NCBI RefSeq assembly: GCF_000698785.1
Contig: NZ_CP007536.1
Coordinates: 2,010,001 to 2,042,000 of the forward strand
Reading direction: 5' to 3'
DNA length: 32,000 nucleotides
Origin: Nitrososphaera viennensis EN76
GTDB taxonomy: Archaea > Thermoproteota > Nitrososphaeria > Nitrososphaerales > Nitrososphaeraceae
In this document: in pieces, positions 6,725 to 15,442 of the stretch
Layout: every line of letters begins with the position of its first letter
Position numbering within the stretch: the stretch's first letter is position 1
The notes under the pieces: generated by a model
What the model was told of the DNA's origin: nothing
What the model saw: the letters and a program-made list of their open reading frames with translations, nothing else
Database searches by the model: none
Program-made: the position numbers and the translations under genes

Positions 6725-8404
6725 TTGCAGAAAAAATATCTGGTTGGCGTTGTAGTGCTTGGCCTAGTCCTTGTTGGTGCATTTGTTACAATAGGAGCAG
6801 CGGCTCAGGCAGGAATTATTATTCAGAATAATGGTGACAGCGAAGGCACATGCGCAAATGAAAGTGTATTTGACAGGTTCAGCCGCGATTCGACCCTTGG
6901 AAATGATGAAGCTACGCGCAAGACTTCAAGCGCGTATCTGGACGGAAACGGAACCATAGCGTACCTATATGACGATTTCTCAACATATGCCGAAAACCAG
7001 CGCGTTATAGATAATTTTGATGATTCAGCAGCATGGTCTTCTTTTACGACAGCTGGAGGAGCAAGCGGCGCAGGCGAAAAATTCGAGCTTGTCGACGAGT
7101 ATTATAGTGGACCCAAGGCACTGTCCTACACCATACCATCTGGCATTAACAAAGAGGTTATACTCGGCAGGACTTGGGATGAGCCAAGGGACTTCAGCAG
7201 GTGGTCCCAGTCTGGCTACATCACCATGTGGATCAAGGTAGAAAATCCTGATGCCATAGATTCCGTCAATATCGCACTTGAAGACGTATCTGGCAGCAAG
7301 CGTACGTATGCGCTGCTGCAAAACGTCCATCTTCCTAGACAGAATAACACGTTTGCCGATGACCCTGCAATTCCCAACCTTGCATATCCAGAAGGCAATG
7401 AGACGGAAATGTGGACCGACTTTATGCTGGGCAAAGGGTGGAACTACTTCTTGTGGAGGGCCGACATGTACGATGACAAAGATGGCGCAGGGAAAAATAC
7501 AGTAGTAGACATGGCAAGAATCTCAAAAGTACATCTCGACATGCGGGTTAACGAAAAATCGGCAGGTCAGAAAGTAATCTTTGACGACCTGCGCATCCAG
7601 GACGGATTGCAAAAGTCGTCGAACCCGACAAAGGGGATGTGGTTCCCTCCGCACGGGAGACCACAGTTCGGCGTATACGATATTGACAAAGATGATCAGG
7701 GTCATTATCATCTGAGCCTGCTAAACGTAAGAAACACCCAGTACCCAAGCAACGGGGACCACGCGCGCATGATAAGTTCTGCCCCCGTTCCGGCAGATTT
7801 TGTAATGAGGGTGAAATTTACCCTGACTCAGCTTGGCCCGCAGGACCAAAGCCTGAGTATTCCTTCACCATTTCCTGAATGGACTCCCAAGGAGTTGCGA
7901 GAGGTGCCCCTCGTCGAAGGCATGCGCAACAACACCTACTTTAGGGTCACGTATGATTTTGAGCCAGACTGGGACCCCGGCCATGAATGGTTTGGGCCGT
8001 ACCTGTCTCTGCAATACAACAGGCTTGGCATACTGACTGTCTGGCCAATAGAAAGAAACGTGCTTCAGGACCAAGAGCCAAAGGCCGGGGAAAGGACAGC
8101 CACCACGGAATTTGCTCCAAAGGCAGGTGTTCCATATGAAATGCAATTGATCGTCAAAGGCCAGTTTGCTTCTGCAACGATCTATGAGGTAAAGCAGGGT
8201 GGAGATGATGGTAGCAATAATAATGGCGGATGCCTCGTGAGAAAGGCGACCATGTCATACACGTTTGAGCATCCCCGGCACGGAGCCGACAAGAGATACC
8301 CGCTGGCAATAGAGTCAACAGGTGACGTGAGGACAATAGTCCATGAAGTAGAGATGGTCTCGTTGGAAAACCCGCCGACGTGGGAAATCAATCGCATACA
8401 CTGA
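6725..8404 (+). CDS. Exported or membrane-anchored protein of unknown function, possibly glycan-binding (beta-sandwich-like regions)
   Basis: TTG start 10 nt after the upstream stop. The N-terminal hydrophobic segment is KKYLVGVVVLGLVLVGAFVTIGAAAQA. I recognise no catalytic motif. The operon context is with the GT2 cassette. Confidence 0.6.
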   Translation: MQKKYLVGVVVLGLVLVGAFVTIGAAAQAGIIIQNNGDSEGTCANESVFDRFSRDSTLGNDEATRKTSSAYLDGNGTIAYLYDDFSTYAENQRVIDNFDDSAAWSSFTTAGGASGAGEKFELVDEYYSGPKALSYTIPSGINKEVILGRTWDEPRDFSRWSQSGYITMWIKVENPDAIDSVNIALEDVSGSKRTYALLQNVHLPRQNNTFADDPAIPNLAYPEGNETEMWTDFMLGKGWNYFLWRADMYDDKDGAGKNTVVDMARISKVHLDMRVNEKSAGQKVIFDDLRIQDGLQKSSNPTKGMWFPPHGRPQFGVYDIDKDDQGHYHLSLLNVRNTQYPSNGDHARMISSAPVPADFVMRVKFTLTQLGPQDQSLSIPSPFPEWTPKELREVPLVEGMRNNTYFRVTYDFEPDWDPGHEWFGPYLSLQYNRLGILTVWPIERNVLQDQEPKAGERTATTEFAPKAGVPYEMQLIVKGQFASATIYEVKQGGDDGSNNNGGCLVRKATMSYTFEHPRHGADKRYPLAIESTGDVRTIVHEVEMVSLENPPTWEINRIH

Positions 8405-8406
8405 CG

Positions 8407-8706
8407 ATGCCACAGCGGATATCTGATTTCTCTGAATCCGGCTCGCTTGCCATCAGCTCTGCGACGCTGGAGGTTGCAGAATCTGCAAGCATCCAAAATG
8501 ACGGCACGATAAACAGCTCAAGCGTCATCAGAAACCACGGCACAATTGAAAATTCTGGAAACCTGAATAATTCAAACACCATTGACAACTTTGGCGCCAT
8601 AGAGAATTCCGGCCGCCTCGTAAACTCCGGCTACATCAACAGCAACAACCTTGGCGGCAAAATAACTGGCTCTGGCGCCATAGTCAACTCGGGTTACATA
8701 CGGTAG
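8407..8706 (+). CDS. 99-aa protein made almost entirely of [ILV]-x-N-x-G-x hexapeptide repeats
   Basis: ATG lies 2 nt after the upstream stop (tgaCGatg, the same junction as at 2791-2798). About 11 consecutive hexads can be read: IQNDGT INSSSV IRNHGT IENSGN LNNSNT IDNFGA IENSGR LVNSGY ... IVNSGY. Confidence 0.5.
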   Translation: MPQRISDFSESGSLAISSATLEVAESASIQNDGTINSSSVIRNHGTIENSGNLNNSNTIDNFGAIENSGRLVNSGYINSNNLGGKITGSGAIVNSGYIR

Positions 8707-8723
8707 CAGTAGCAGGACTTGCT

Positions 8724-8787
8724 TAAAAGAACTAAAACCTACAACTACGCTTGTATTTGTGGTTCACTGGAAACGCGCGCACATGTA
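8724..8787. repeat. Left copy (A) of a ~64-nt inverted repeat
   Basis: The reverse complement of 15588..15651 aligns here. Perfect blocks are 8739-8760 (22 nt) and 8766-8783 (18 nt). Confidence 0.85.
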
Positions 8788-8876
8788 CACATACGCCTGC
8801 ACGATGCTTGCCGCCGGCCATAACAATCAGAGCAGAGCAACATACATTAATTAAACAGAAATGCGGCCATTCCTGC

Positions 8877-9308
8877 ATGAGCGCCCAAAAGGCCGCCGAC
8901 TATGAAGCGCTGCTAAAGCGCCTGCAGGACAAGCTGGGAACCGGTGCCAGAAAGGCAACTTCCAGGCTGGAGATCCCGCAGCCCCAGATAATCTGGGTCG
9001 GCAAGAATACGATATTCCGCAACTTTATGGAATTCCCAAAGGCGCTCAGGCGCGACCCTGAAAAACTCTTGCTGTACCTGAACAAGGAGCTTGCCTCGGC
9101 CGGCTACATACAGGGCGACCGCGTACACTTCCTCGGCCGCAAGTCGCCTTCCTCGTTTGCGGCGCTCATCGACCGCTACGTCAAGGACTATGTGCTGTGC
9201 CCCGTGTGTGGAAGCCCGGATACGCGGACAGAAAAGAACAAGAAGCTTGGCTTTTTGATCTGCGAGGCGTGCGGCGCCAAGTCGTCGATCAAGGGCAACT
9301 ACGCCTAG
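8877..9308 (+). CDS. eif2b: Translation initiation factor aIF2 beta subunit
   Basis: MSAQKAADYEALLKRL...RLEIPQPQIIWVGKNTIFRNF...DPEKLLLYLNKELASAG, plus a C-terminal C4 zinc ribbon CPVCGSPDT...CEACGA. The 5' extension in the ORF track (from 8751) is not homologous and overlaps repeat A. Confidence 0.9.
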   Translation: MSAQKAADYEALLKRLQDKLGTGARKATSRLEIPQPQIIWVGKNTIFRNFMEFPKALRRDPEKLLLYLNKELASAGYIQGDRVHFLGRKSPSSFAALIDRYVKDYVLCPVCGSPDTRTEKNKKLGFLICEACGAKSSIKGNYA

Positions 9309-9604
9309 CTGGTGGCTCCAGACAAATAGTCGCGGACGTACAGGCCCCTTATCCATGCGTTGACAACGGACGTGTCGCTTTCATAGTTTCTCCTGCTGCT
9401 ACTGCTGCCACCTACCTGCGCGTTCATCTCGTTGAACTCGGCGACCTTTTTCTTGACTGCATGGTTCCTGCCGGTGACGTGCTGGCCCACGTCGGCCATC
9501 TCTATGATTTCGTTGCAGATGTTGCAGCGCAGCTTTTCTTCCATATATGCAAACAAAAAGCGCGCATCGATTATCTGTGCAGGCGCCAACCATGCTTGGC
9601 GCAT
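9305..9604 (-). CDS. Small C2H2-like zinc-finger protein
   Basis: CNICNEIIEMADVGQHVTGRNH (C-x2-C-x11-H-x5-H). It starts 7 nt downstream of the stop of 9612..10244. An alternative start at 9544 gives MEEKLRCNIC. Confidence 0.55.
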   Translation of the reverse strand: MRQAWLAPAQIIDARFLFAYMEEKLRCNICNEIIEMADVGQHVTGRNHAVKKKVAEFNEMNAQVGGSSSSRRNYESDTSVVNAWIRGLYVRDYLSGATS

Positions 9605-9611
9605 TCGTCAG

Positions 9612-10244
9612 CTATTTTTGATCAGCTTTTTCTTCTCCTTCTTTTTTCTGCGAGTCGTCCCGTATCGTGTCAAGCACGTACTTTAACTCCGGCTCGCTTG
9701 TCAGCTTGTCCAAAAAGCTGCGCACAATCTGCCTTGTGGTTCTTTCAGCCGTGCCCTCGCCGCGGTGCTGCACGTTCACCACGTATTCGTAGACAAACGG
9801 GCTGATGTATATCGAGCAGACGTCGGCAATCCAGCTGAAAAGTGTCTGCGTCGTCTGGTCGGCAAGCATCTGCTCGCGCTTTTCCTCAAACATCTTGCCG
9901 ATTACGCGCACATTGTAGAGGTACATCTTTTTGCCTGTCTTGCTGTCAGAGCCGGTGAAAAGGATATTGTCGCGCTGGTCGTATATGAGGCCAAATGAAA
10001 CATTCTTGGGCATCTTGACGTGCCTGCTCTTTTGCGCGTGCTCGAACAGTTCGTCCATGAGCGCCTTGAGGAGCGCGTAAAAGCGTTCGACTGCCTTTTG
10101 CTTCTCCTGCTTGTCCTCTTCCCTCTTCTTCAGTATGCCCAATACTTTCTCATTCCACGGGCTCGGATGATTAAAACGTTGGCTGCGCTTGCCTTGTTGA
10201 GGCGCCCGGAAATATTGCAAAATATATGAGGTAGACGCTCTCAT
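9612..10244 (-). CDS. Hypothetical protein (210 aa, K/E-rich termini)
   Basis: Long ORF with coding-like composition and no motif I recognise. It appears co-oriented and operonic with the zinc-finger ORF. Confidence 0.55.
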   Translation of the reverse strand: MRASTSYILQYFRAPQQGKRSQRFNHPSPWNEKVLGILKKREEDKQEKQKAVERFYALLKALMDELFEHAQKSRHVKMPKNVSFGLIYDQRDNILFTGSDSKTGKKMYLYNVRVIGKMFEEKREQMLADQTTQTLFSWIADVCSIYISPFVYEYVVNVQHRGEGTAERTTRQIVRSFLDKLTSEPELKYVLDTIRDDSQKKEGEEKADQK

Positions 10245-10344
10245 TAACTAAAATTTCCAAAAAAGCGCCTCAATCGCTACTATCATGTCAACCTTGTTTA
10301 CTTGATAATCGTCAAAAGTTGACTATTGGTTCTAAGTACCAACT

Positions 10345-10578
10345 ATGGACTATCTCATCATGACAGCCATAATGTCGCTTCACAATGAAGCAGCAGCAAG
10401 AAGCAACTTTACGACCGGACAGAGCTGGGGCGCACTGAGGAAGGCATGGAAGGGCTACAGGATCGCCAAGGTACAGGGCGATGCGAGCCGCATGAGGGAA
10501 TACGCAGGCAAGATCCGCAAGATCCAGGGCGAACTGGGCGTAAGCGTTGCATCCTTCCCGCACTTGGGAATAAACTAA
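10345..10578 (+). CDS. Small hypothetical protein (77 aa or shorter)
   Basis: An ORF with balanced composition, followed by a pyrimidine-tract terminator. Several in-frame Met start options exist. Confidence 0.4.
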   Translation: MDYLIMTAIMSLHNEAAARSNFTTGQSWGALRKAWKGYRIAKVQGDASRMREYAGKIRKIQGELGVSVASFPHLGIN

Positions 10579-10591
10579 AAAAGTGCGGACG

Positions 10592-10624
10592 TCCTCTTTT
10601 TCTTCTTCTCCTTCCTTTTTCTCT
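10592..10624 (+). terminator. 33-nt uninterrupted polypyrimidine (C/T) tract 3' of 10345..10578
   Basis: tcctctttttcttcttctccttcctttttctct begins 14 nt after the stop. It includes T5 runs typical of archaeal termination signals. Confidence 0.4.
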
Positions 10625-11027
10625 AGCCGTATATTGATGACGATGATGATCCGCTGCTGCCAAGGTGCTGTTTTAACTTCATCTCTATCTGCCCCTTTGG
10701 CATCGCGCCTATCATCACGTCGACCACCTTGCCGCCCTTGAACACCATCATGGTCGGTATGCTTGCAATCCCAAACGTGTTAGAGATTACGGGGTTTTCG
10801 TCGACGTTTACCTTGCCAAACACGACCTTGCCGGCATACTCTTTGGCCAGCTGGTCGATGACTGGGGCCACCATCCTGCATGGGCCGCACCAGGGCGCCC
10901 AAAAGTCCACGAGCAAGAGTGGGTACCTTGCCGTCTCGCTGGAAAAGTTAGAGTCTGTGAGGTGGACGGGCTGCGTTATCGCGGACAGTGCCTGCCTCTC
11001 GGCGGCTACCTTTTGCAGCTCTGCCAT
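10623..11027 (-). CDS. trx: Thioredoxin
   Basis: WCGPC active site within a canonical thioredoxin fold sequence (LLLVDFWAPWCGPCRMVAPVIDQLAKEY...). The ORF-track N-terminus (to 11309) overlaps grpE and is rejected. The start may instead be the GTG at 11078. Confidence 0.88.
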   Translation of the reverse strand: MAELQKVAAERQALSAITQPVHLTDSNFSSETARYPLLLVDFWAPWCGPCRMVAPVIDQLAKEYAGKVVFGKVNVDENPVISNTFGIASIPTMMVFKGGKVVDVMIGAMPKGQIEMKLKQHLGSSGSSSSSIYG

Positions 11028-11120
11028 CTTTTTCTGTCTTATCGCCTCTAGTTCGTCGTCGTCGCCTGCTGCTGACACGCCGCCTTCATTCCCAGATTGC
11101 GCTATTATTCCTTTGGGCGG

Positions 11121-11135
11121 AAAATAATTATTATT
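11121..11135. promoter_or_regulatory. A/T-rich TATA-like element between divergent trx and grpE
   Basis: aaaataattattatt is the only AT-rich patch in the 95-145 nt divergent spacer. It lies ~45-50 nt from either start. Confidence 0.3.
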
Positions 11136-11172
11136 CAACGGCACCGGTAATGGCCGGTGACATATACACCGT

Positions 11173-11748
11173 ATGGTGGCTACAGCAGCAACAGACGATG
11201 ATACTGAGGAAGCGCAACAGCAGATCGACGAGACCGAGGAGCTGAGAAAAGAGCTGGCGGCCGCAAAAGAGGCGGCAGAGGGCAACCTCAACAAGCTAAA
11301 GTACCTCATGGCCGACTTTGATAACTACCGCAAGCAGATGGAAAAGCACGCCGCTTCGAGGGTCGAGACGATAAAGGCAGAACTGCTGCTGAAATTCCTC
11401 AACATCCGCGACGACTACCAGCGCGCCATCGAGGGTGCAAGGCAGAAAAAGAGCGAGCCGGCGGTCATCGAGGGCCTCGAGGGCATACTCAAGAACATCG
11501 ACTCGCTCCTCTCGTCTGAGGGCGTGAGGCCTATTGAGGCGGTGGGGACGCCGTTTGACCCAAACGTGCACGACGCAATCGCGTTCTCGCCGAGGGAAGA
11601 CGCAGAAGAGAACACCGTCACCGCCGAGATCAGGCGCGGCTATATGCTAAACGGCAAGGTTCTCCGCCCGAGCATGGTGGAAATCGCAAGAAAGATAGTT
11701 AAAAATAGCGATAGCGCCAATAACGGTGGCGCAGGAGGAGAGGAATAA
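11173..11748 (+). CDS. grpE: Nucleotide exchange factor GrpE
   Basis: Coiled-coil N-terminus, LKYLMADFDNYRKQMEK, and a C-terminal beta domain (FDPNVHDAIA...RGYMLNGKVLRPSMVEI). It sits immediately upstream of dnaK. Confidence 0.9.
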   Translation: MVATAATDDDTEEAQQQIDETEELRKELAAAKEAAEGNLNKLKYLMADFDNYRKQMEKHAASRVETIKAELLLKFLNIRDDYQRAIEGARQKKSEPAVIEGLEGILKNIDSLLSSEGVRPIEAVGTPFDPNVHDAIAFSPREDAEENTVTAEIRRGYMLNGKVLRPSMVEIARKIVKNSDSANNGGAGGEE

Positions 11749-11751
11749 GAA

Positions 11752-13590
11752 TTGGGAAAAATCATAGGCATCGATCTTGGAACTAGCAACTCTGCCGCAG
11801 CTGCAATGATAGGCGGCAAGCCTACCATCATCCAGGCAGCAGAGGGCACATCCGTGGGCGGAAAGGCGTTTCCGTCCGTGGTGGCGTTTACAAAGGAAGG
11901 GCAGCTCATCGTGGGCGAGCCGGCGAGGCGCCAGATGATCTCAAACCCGGAAGGGACCGTGATTGCGGCAAAGCGCAGGATGGGCACTGACTTCAAGTTC
12001 CGCGTCTGGGGCAAGGAATACACGCCTCAGCAGGTGTCGTCGTTCATACTGCAAAAGATAAAGCGCGATGCCGAGGCGTTCCTTGGTGAGGCAGTCGACC
12101 GCGCAGTCATCACGGTCCCCGCGTATTTCAACGACAACCAGCGCCAGGCGACCAAGGACGCAGGCGAGATTGCTGGCCTGCAGGTGGTCAGGATAATCAA
12201 CGAGCCGACAGCCGCGTCGCTTGCCTACGGCCTTGACAAAGCCCACAAGGACCTGAAGATCATGGTCTTTGACCTTGGTGGAGGCACGCTCGACGTGACG
12301 ATAATGGAGATGGGAGGAGGCGTCTTCCAGGTCAAGAGCACTTCGGGCGACACCCAGCTTGGCGGGACGGACATGGACAATACCCTCGTCGAGTTTGTGG
12401 TGCAAGAGTTCCGCAAGCAGTCTGGAATCGACATCAAAAACGACAAGGCCGCCATGATGAGAGTGCGCGAGGCCGCAGAAAAGGCCAAGATAGAACTTTC
12501 AAACGTCGTCACCACGGAAATCAACCTGCCGTTCCTTGCGTACGACCAGCAGGCAGGGCCAAAGAACCTCGTCCTGCAGCTGACCAGGGCAAAGCTGGAG
12601 GAGCTCATGAGGCCGATTGTCGAGCGCTGCAGGCAGCCTATGCTCCAGGCGCTCCAGGACGCCAAGATGACCCCGCAGGAGGTCGACAAGATAATCCTCA
12701 TCGGCGGGCCGACAAGGATGCCGATGGTGAGGCAGTTTGTCGCAAGCGTGATGGGCAAGGAGCCAGAGCGCGGCATCGACCCGATGGAGGCAGTGGCAAT
12801 GGGCGCGGCTGTGCAGGGCGCAATCATCGCCGGCGACGTCTCGACGGACATTTTGCTGGTAGATGTCACGCCCCTGACCCTTGGGGTGGAGGTGCTTGGC
12901 GGGCTCAAGGAGCCCCTGATAGAGCGCAACACGACCATCCCTACCAAAAAGGGCAAGGTGTTCACGACGGCGGCAGACTATCAGACCGCGGTGACAATCC
13001 ACGTCGTGCAGGGCGAGCGCCCGATGGCGTCTGACTGCGTCTCGCTTGGAATGTTCAACCTCTCTGGCATACCGCCGGCGCCAAGGGGCGTGCCCCAGAT
13101 AGAGGTGACGTTTGACATTGACGCAAACGGCATCCTCAACGTGGCCGCAAAGGACCTTGCGACGCAAAAGGAGGCGAAAATCACCATCACCGCCAACAAC
13201 AAGCTCTCAAAGGACGACATTGAAAAGCTAAAGAGGGACTCGGAGCAGTTTGCCGAGGCGGACAGGAAGAAAAAGGACGAGGCCGAGGCAAGAAACGAGG
13301 CAGACAACCTTGTCTACGCAGCCGAAAAGCTGGTCAAGCAGGACCTCAAGGACACGATAAAGCCGGAGCAGGCCGAGCGCGTCAACAAGGCCGTGCAGGA
13401 GCTGCGCAATGCAATTTCAAGCAACAACTTTGAGGACCTCAAAGCCAAGGTGCAGGAACTGAAGAACATCCTTGCCGAGGTGAGCGCCGAAGCCTACCGG
13501 AACGCCGGCGCCCAGCAGCAGGCTACGGCAGCAGGTCCTTCTTCCGGCCCGCAACAGGCAAGTGGTGGTGCGGCAGGCGCGCAGCCATAA
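11752..13590 (+). CDS. dnaK: Hsp70 chaperone DnaK
   Basis: [32 protein letters not shown] and [14 protein letters not shown] start lies 3 nt after the grpE stop. Confidence 0.97.
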   Translation: MGKIIGIDLGTSNSAAAAMIGGKPTIIQAAEGTSVGGKAFPSVVAFTKEGQLIVGEPARRQMISNPEGTVIAAKRRMGTDFKFRVWGKEYTPQQVSSFILQKIKRDAEAFLGEAVDRAVITVPAYFNDNQRQATKDAGEIAGLQVVRIINEPTAASLAYGLDKAHKDLKIMVFDLGGGTLDVTIMEMGGGVFQVKSTSGDTQLGGTDMDNTLVEFVVQEFRKQSGIDIKNDKAAMMRVREAAEKAKIELSNVVTTEINLPFLAYDQQAGPKNLVLQLTRAKLEELMRPIVERCRQPMLQALQDAKMTPQEVDKIILIGGPTRMPMVRQFVASVMGKEPERGIDPMEAVAMGAAVQGAIIAGDVSTDILLVDVTPLTLGVEVLGGLKEPLIERNTTIPTKKGKVFTTAADYQTAVTIHVVQGERPMASDCVSLGMFNLSGIPPAPRGVPQIEVTFDIDANGILNVAAKDLATQKEAKITITANNKLSKDDIEKLKRDSEQFAEADRKKKDEAEARNEADNLVYAAEKLVKQDLKDTIKPEQAERVNKAVQELRNAISSNNFEDLKAKVQELKNILAEVSAEAYRNAGAQQQATAAGPSSGPQQASGGAAGAQP

Positions 13591-13640
13591 TGATTATGAT
13601 GATGGTGATGCGGCTCGGACGTCCCGGTGACCCTGCATGA
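13590..13640 (+). other. 16-codon Met-rich mini-ORF that exactly bridges the dnaK stop and the dnaJ start
   Basis: The ATG overlaps the dnaK TAA (taATG). Translation is [16 protein letters not shown]. Its TGA overlaps the dnaJ ATG (ATGA). The same atgattatgatgatggtgatg run gives four extra TGA codons in the dnaK frame. Confidence 0.3.
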
Positions 13641-14758
13641 GCAAAAGAAGGGACTATTACGAGGTCCTCGGCGTCCCAAAGGCGGCAAGCAAGGACGACA
13701 TCAAGAACGCCTACCGCAAGCTTGCCTTGCAGTACCACCCTGACCGCAACAAGGACGCAGGCGCGGAGGAAAGGTTCAAGGAGATCTCTGAAGCCTACGC
13801 GGTCCTTTCCGACGACGAAAAGCGCAAGCGCTACGACACGTACGGCCACGTGGGAGCTGACGAGGCGTTCCGCGGCTCGGAGGCCAACTTTGAGGAGGTT
13901 TTCCGCGACATGGGCTTTGGAGGATTCAGGGACATTTTCGAGCAGTTCTTTGGCCGGGGCGGCGGCTTTGGCTTTGGACCAGGAGGCGCAGCAGACATGT
14001 TTGGCTTTGGCAGGCGCAAGGGGCGCGACCTTGTCTATGACATGGAGCTTTCGCTTGAGGACGTGCTGCGGGGCAAAAAAGAGGAAGTGGAGGTTCCAAG
14101 GCTTGACAGGTGCAGCGAGTGCGGCGGCTCTGGCGCGGCGCCGGGGACAAAGGCGCGCAGGTGCACCGTCTGTGACGGCAGGGGGCAGGTACAGCGCGTG
14201 TACGGCCAGAACCGGTTTTTCACATCCGTGACGGTCGAGCCGTGCAGGACGTGCCAGGGCAGGGGCCAGATAATCGAGCGCCCGTGCAATGTGTGCAAGG
14301 GCTCTGGCAAGATGCAAAAAATGAAGAAATTGAAAATAGAGATACCACCGGGCGTCGAGGACGGCATGGCGATGCAGCTGAGGGGCGAAGGCGAAGCGTC
14401 CGAGTCGGGGATACCCGGCGACTTTGTGGTGCGCCTGCACGTCAAGCCGCACCAGCAGTTTGAGCGCCTGGAAGACGGCCACCTGCTCTACAGGCTGGAC
14501 GTCAAGTACACCGACCTTGCGCTTGGCACCGAGGTGCGGGTCCCGACTCTTGACGGCACGGAAAAACTGAAAATCCCGCAGGGAACGCAGCCTGAAGGGC
14601 TCTTGCGGCTAAAGGGCAAGGGGCTCCCGCGCTATGGCGCGTCGGGCAAGGGCGACATGGTGGTAAAGCTGAACGTCAAGGTGCCCACCAAATTGTCGGA
14701 CAGGCAAAAGTCGCTCCTGAAGGAGCTTGACAGGGCGCTTGACGACGGCGAAAAGTGA
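13637..14758 (+). CDS. dnaJ: Hsp40 co-chaperone DnaJ
   Basis: J-domain with HPD (YYEVLGV...QYHPDRN), a G/F-rich linker, and four CxxCxGxG zinc motifs. Confidence 0.96.
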   Translation: MSKRRDYYEVLGVPKAASKDDIKNAYRKLALQYHPDRNKDAGAEERFKEISEAYAVLSDDEKRKRYDTYGHVGADEAFRGSEANFEEVFRDMGFGGFRDIFEQFFGRGGGFGFGPGGAADMFGFGRRKGRDLVYDMELSLEDVLRGKKEEVEVPRLDRCSECGGSGAAPGTKARRCTVCDGRGQVQRVYGQNRFFTSVTVEPCRTCQGRGQIIERPCNVCKGSGKMQKMKKLKIEIPPGVEDGMAMQLRGEGEASESGIPGDFVVRLHVKPHQQFERLEDGHLLYRLDVKYTDLALGTEVRVPTLDGTEKLKIPQGTQPEGLLRLKGKGLPRYGASGKGDMVVKLNVKVPTKLSDRQKSLLKELDRALDDGEK

Positions 14759-14763
14759 AATGC

Positions 14764-14778
14764 TTTAATAGAAATTTT
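14764..14778 (+). promoter_or_regulatory. TATA-like box upstream of hsp20
   Basis: tttaatagaaatttt is centred ~35 nt upstream of the ATG at 14805. Confidence 0.3.
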
Positions 14779-14804
14779 GCTATCTTACCGGCGGATACAG
14801 AGAT

Positions 14805-15386
14805 ATGTCATCCCCCTTTGATGAATGGTTTTCCAAGCGGCGGAGAGCGTGGTTTCCGGATGTCGACGAGATGATGCGCGACATGGACAAGATGATGGCA
14901 GAAGCTTTCAAGAACTTTGAAAAGCAGGTCCCAAAGAACCTTGTCCGGGAGCGCAAGCTGGACGACGGCTCGACTGTCCGCGAGATGGGGCCCATAGTCT
15001 ACGGTTATTCTGTCAAGATAGGGCCGGACGGCAAGCCGCAGGTGCGCAAGTTCGGCAACATCGACGCGTTCCCGAACCTCCTTGGCGGCGGACTTGCGGT
15101 CAAGGAAGAGCGCGAGCCCCTTGTGGACGTGATAAAGGGCTCTGACGACGTGCGCGTCGTTGCGGAACTTCCAGGCGTCAACAAGGACGACCTGCGCCTG
15201 TCAGCCGACGAGAACTCGGTCACCATCGAGTCGTTGACGGGCGAGCCGCGCTACCGTAAGGTGGTGGACCTTCCAGAGCCGGTGGATCCCAAGACCGCCA
15301 AGTCGACGTACAAGAACGGCGTGCTTGAAGTCACGCTGAAACTTCGGAAAAAGTCAGGCTCGGGCGTCTCTATCCATATAGACTAG
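14805..15386 (+). CDS. hsp20: Small heat-shock protein, Hsp20/alpha-crystallin family
   Basis: Alpha-crystallin domain: PLVDVIKGSDDVRVVAELPGVNKDDLRL...YKNGVLEVTLKL. Confidence 0.9.
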   Translation: MSSPFDEWFSKRRRAWFPDVDEMMRDMDKMMAEAFKNFEKQVPKNLVRERKLDDGSTVREMGPIVYGYSVKIGPDGKPQVRKFGNIDAFPNLLGGGLAVKEEREPLVDVIKGSDDVRVVAELPGVNKDDLRLSADENSVTIESLTGEPRYRKVVDLPEPVDPKTAKSTYKNGVLEVTLKLRKKSGSGVSIHID

Positions 15387-15404
15387 AGCGCGCGCACACA
15401 CAAA

Positions 15405-15418
15405 AGGATATTATTCTA
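15405..15418 (+). promoter_or_regulatory. TATA-like box upstream of the tRNA
   Basis: aggatattattcta is centred ~30 nt upstream of tRNA position 1 (15443). Confidence 0.35.
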
Positions 15419-15442
15419 GTCGCTACGATACCCCGCGCACGG

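Noticed and set aside
8751-8876. N-terminal 42-aa extension of the aIF2-beta ORF in the track
   Set aside because: aIF2-beta homology begins at the Met encoded at 8877. The extension is Cys/Thr/Arg-rich and lies inside inverted-repeat copy A and the probable promoter.
10280-10322. gtcaac ... gttgac 6-bp inverted arms in the spacer between 9612..10244 and 10345..10578
   Set aside because: The arms are too short and the spacer too long to call a regulatory palindrome without conservation data.
13523-14482. 319-aa minus-strand ORF antisense to dnaJ. Similar long antisense ORFs lie opposite dnaK (12225..12965, 12499..13167), the ABC ATPase/permease (25299..26195), the DLH gene (26746..27330), the PfkB kinase (29594..30247, 29863..30450), comA (22638..23234, 22745..23428), the peptidase (18967..19692) and the thermosome gene (30351..30749, 31098..31619 and others).
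   Set aside because: Each overlaps a gene with unambiguous family motifs on the other strand. Their translations are Arg/Ala/Pro/His-rich, as expected for stop-codon-poor antisense frames in GC-rich DNA.
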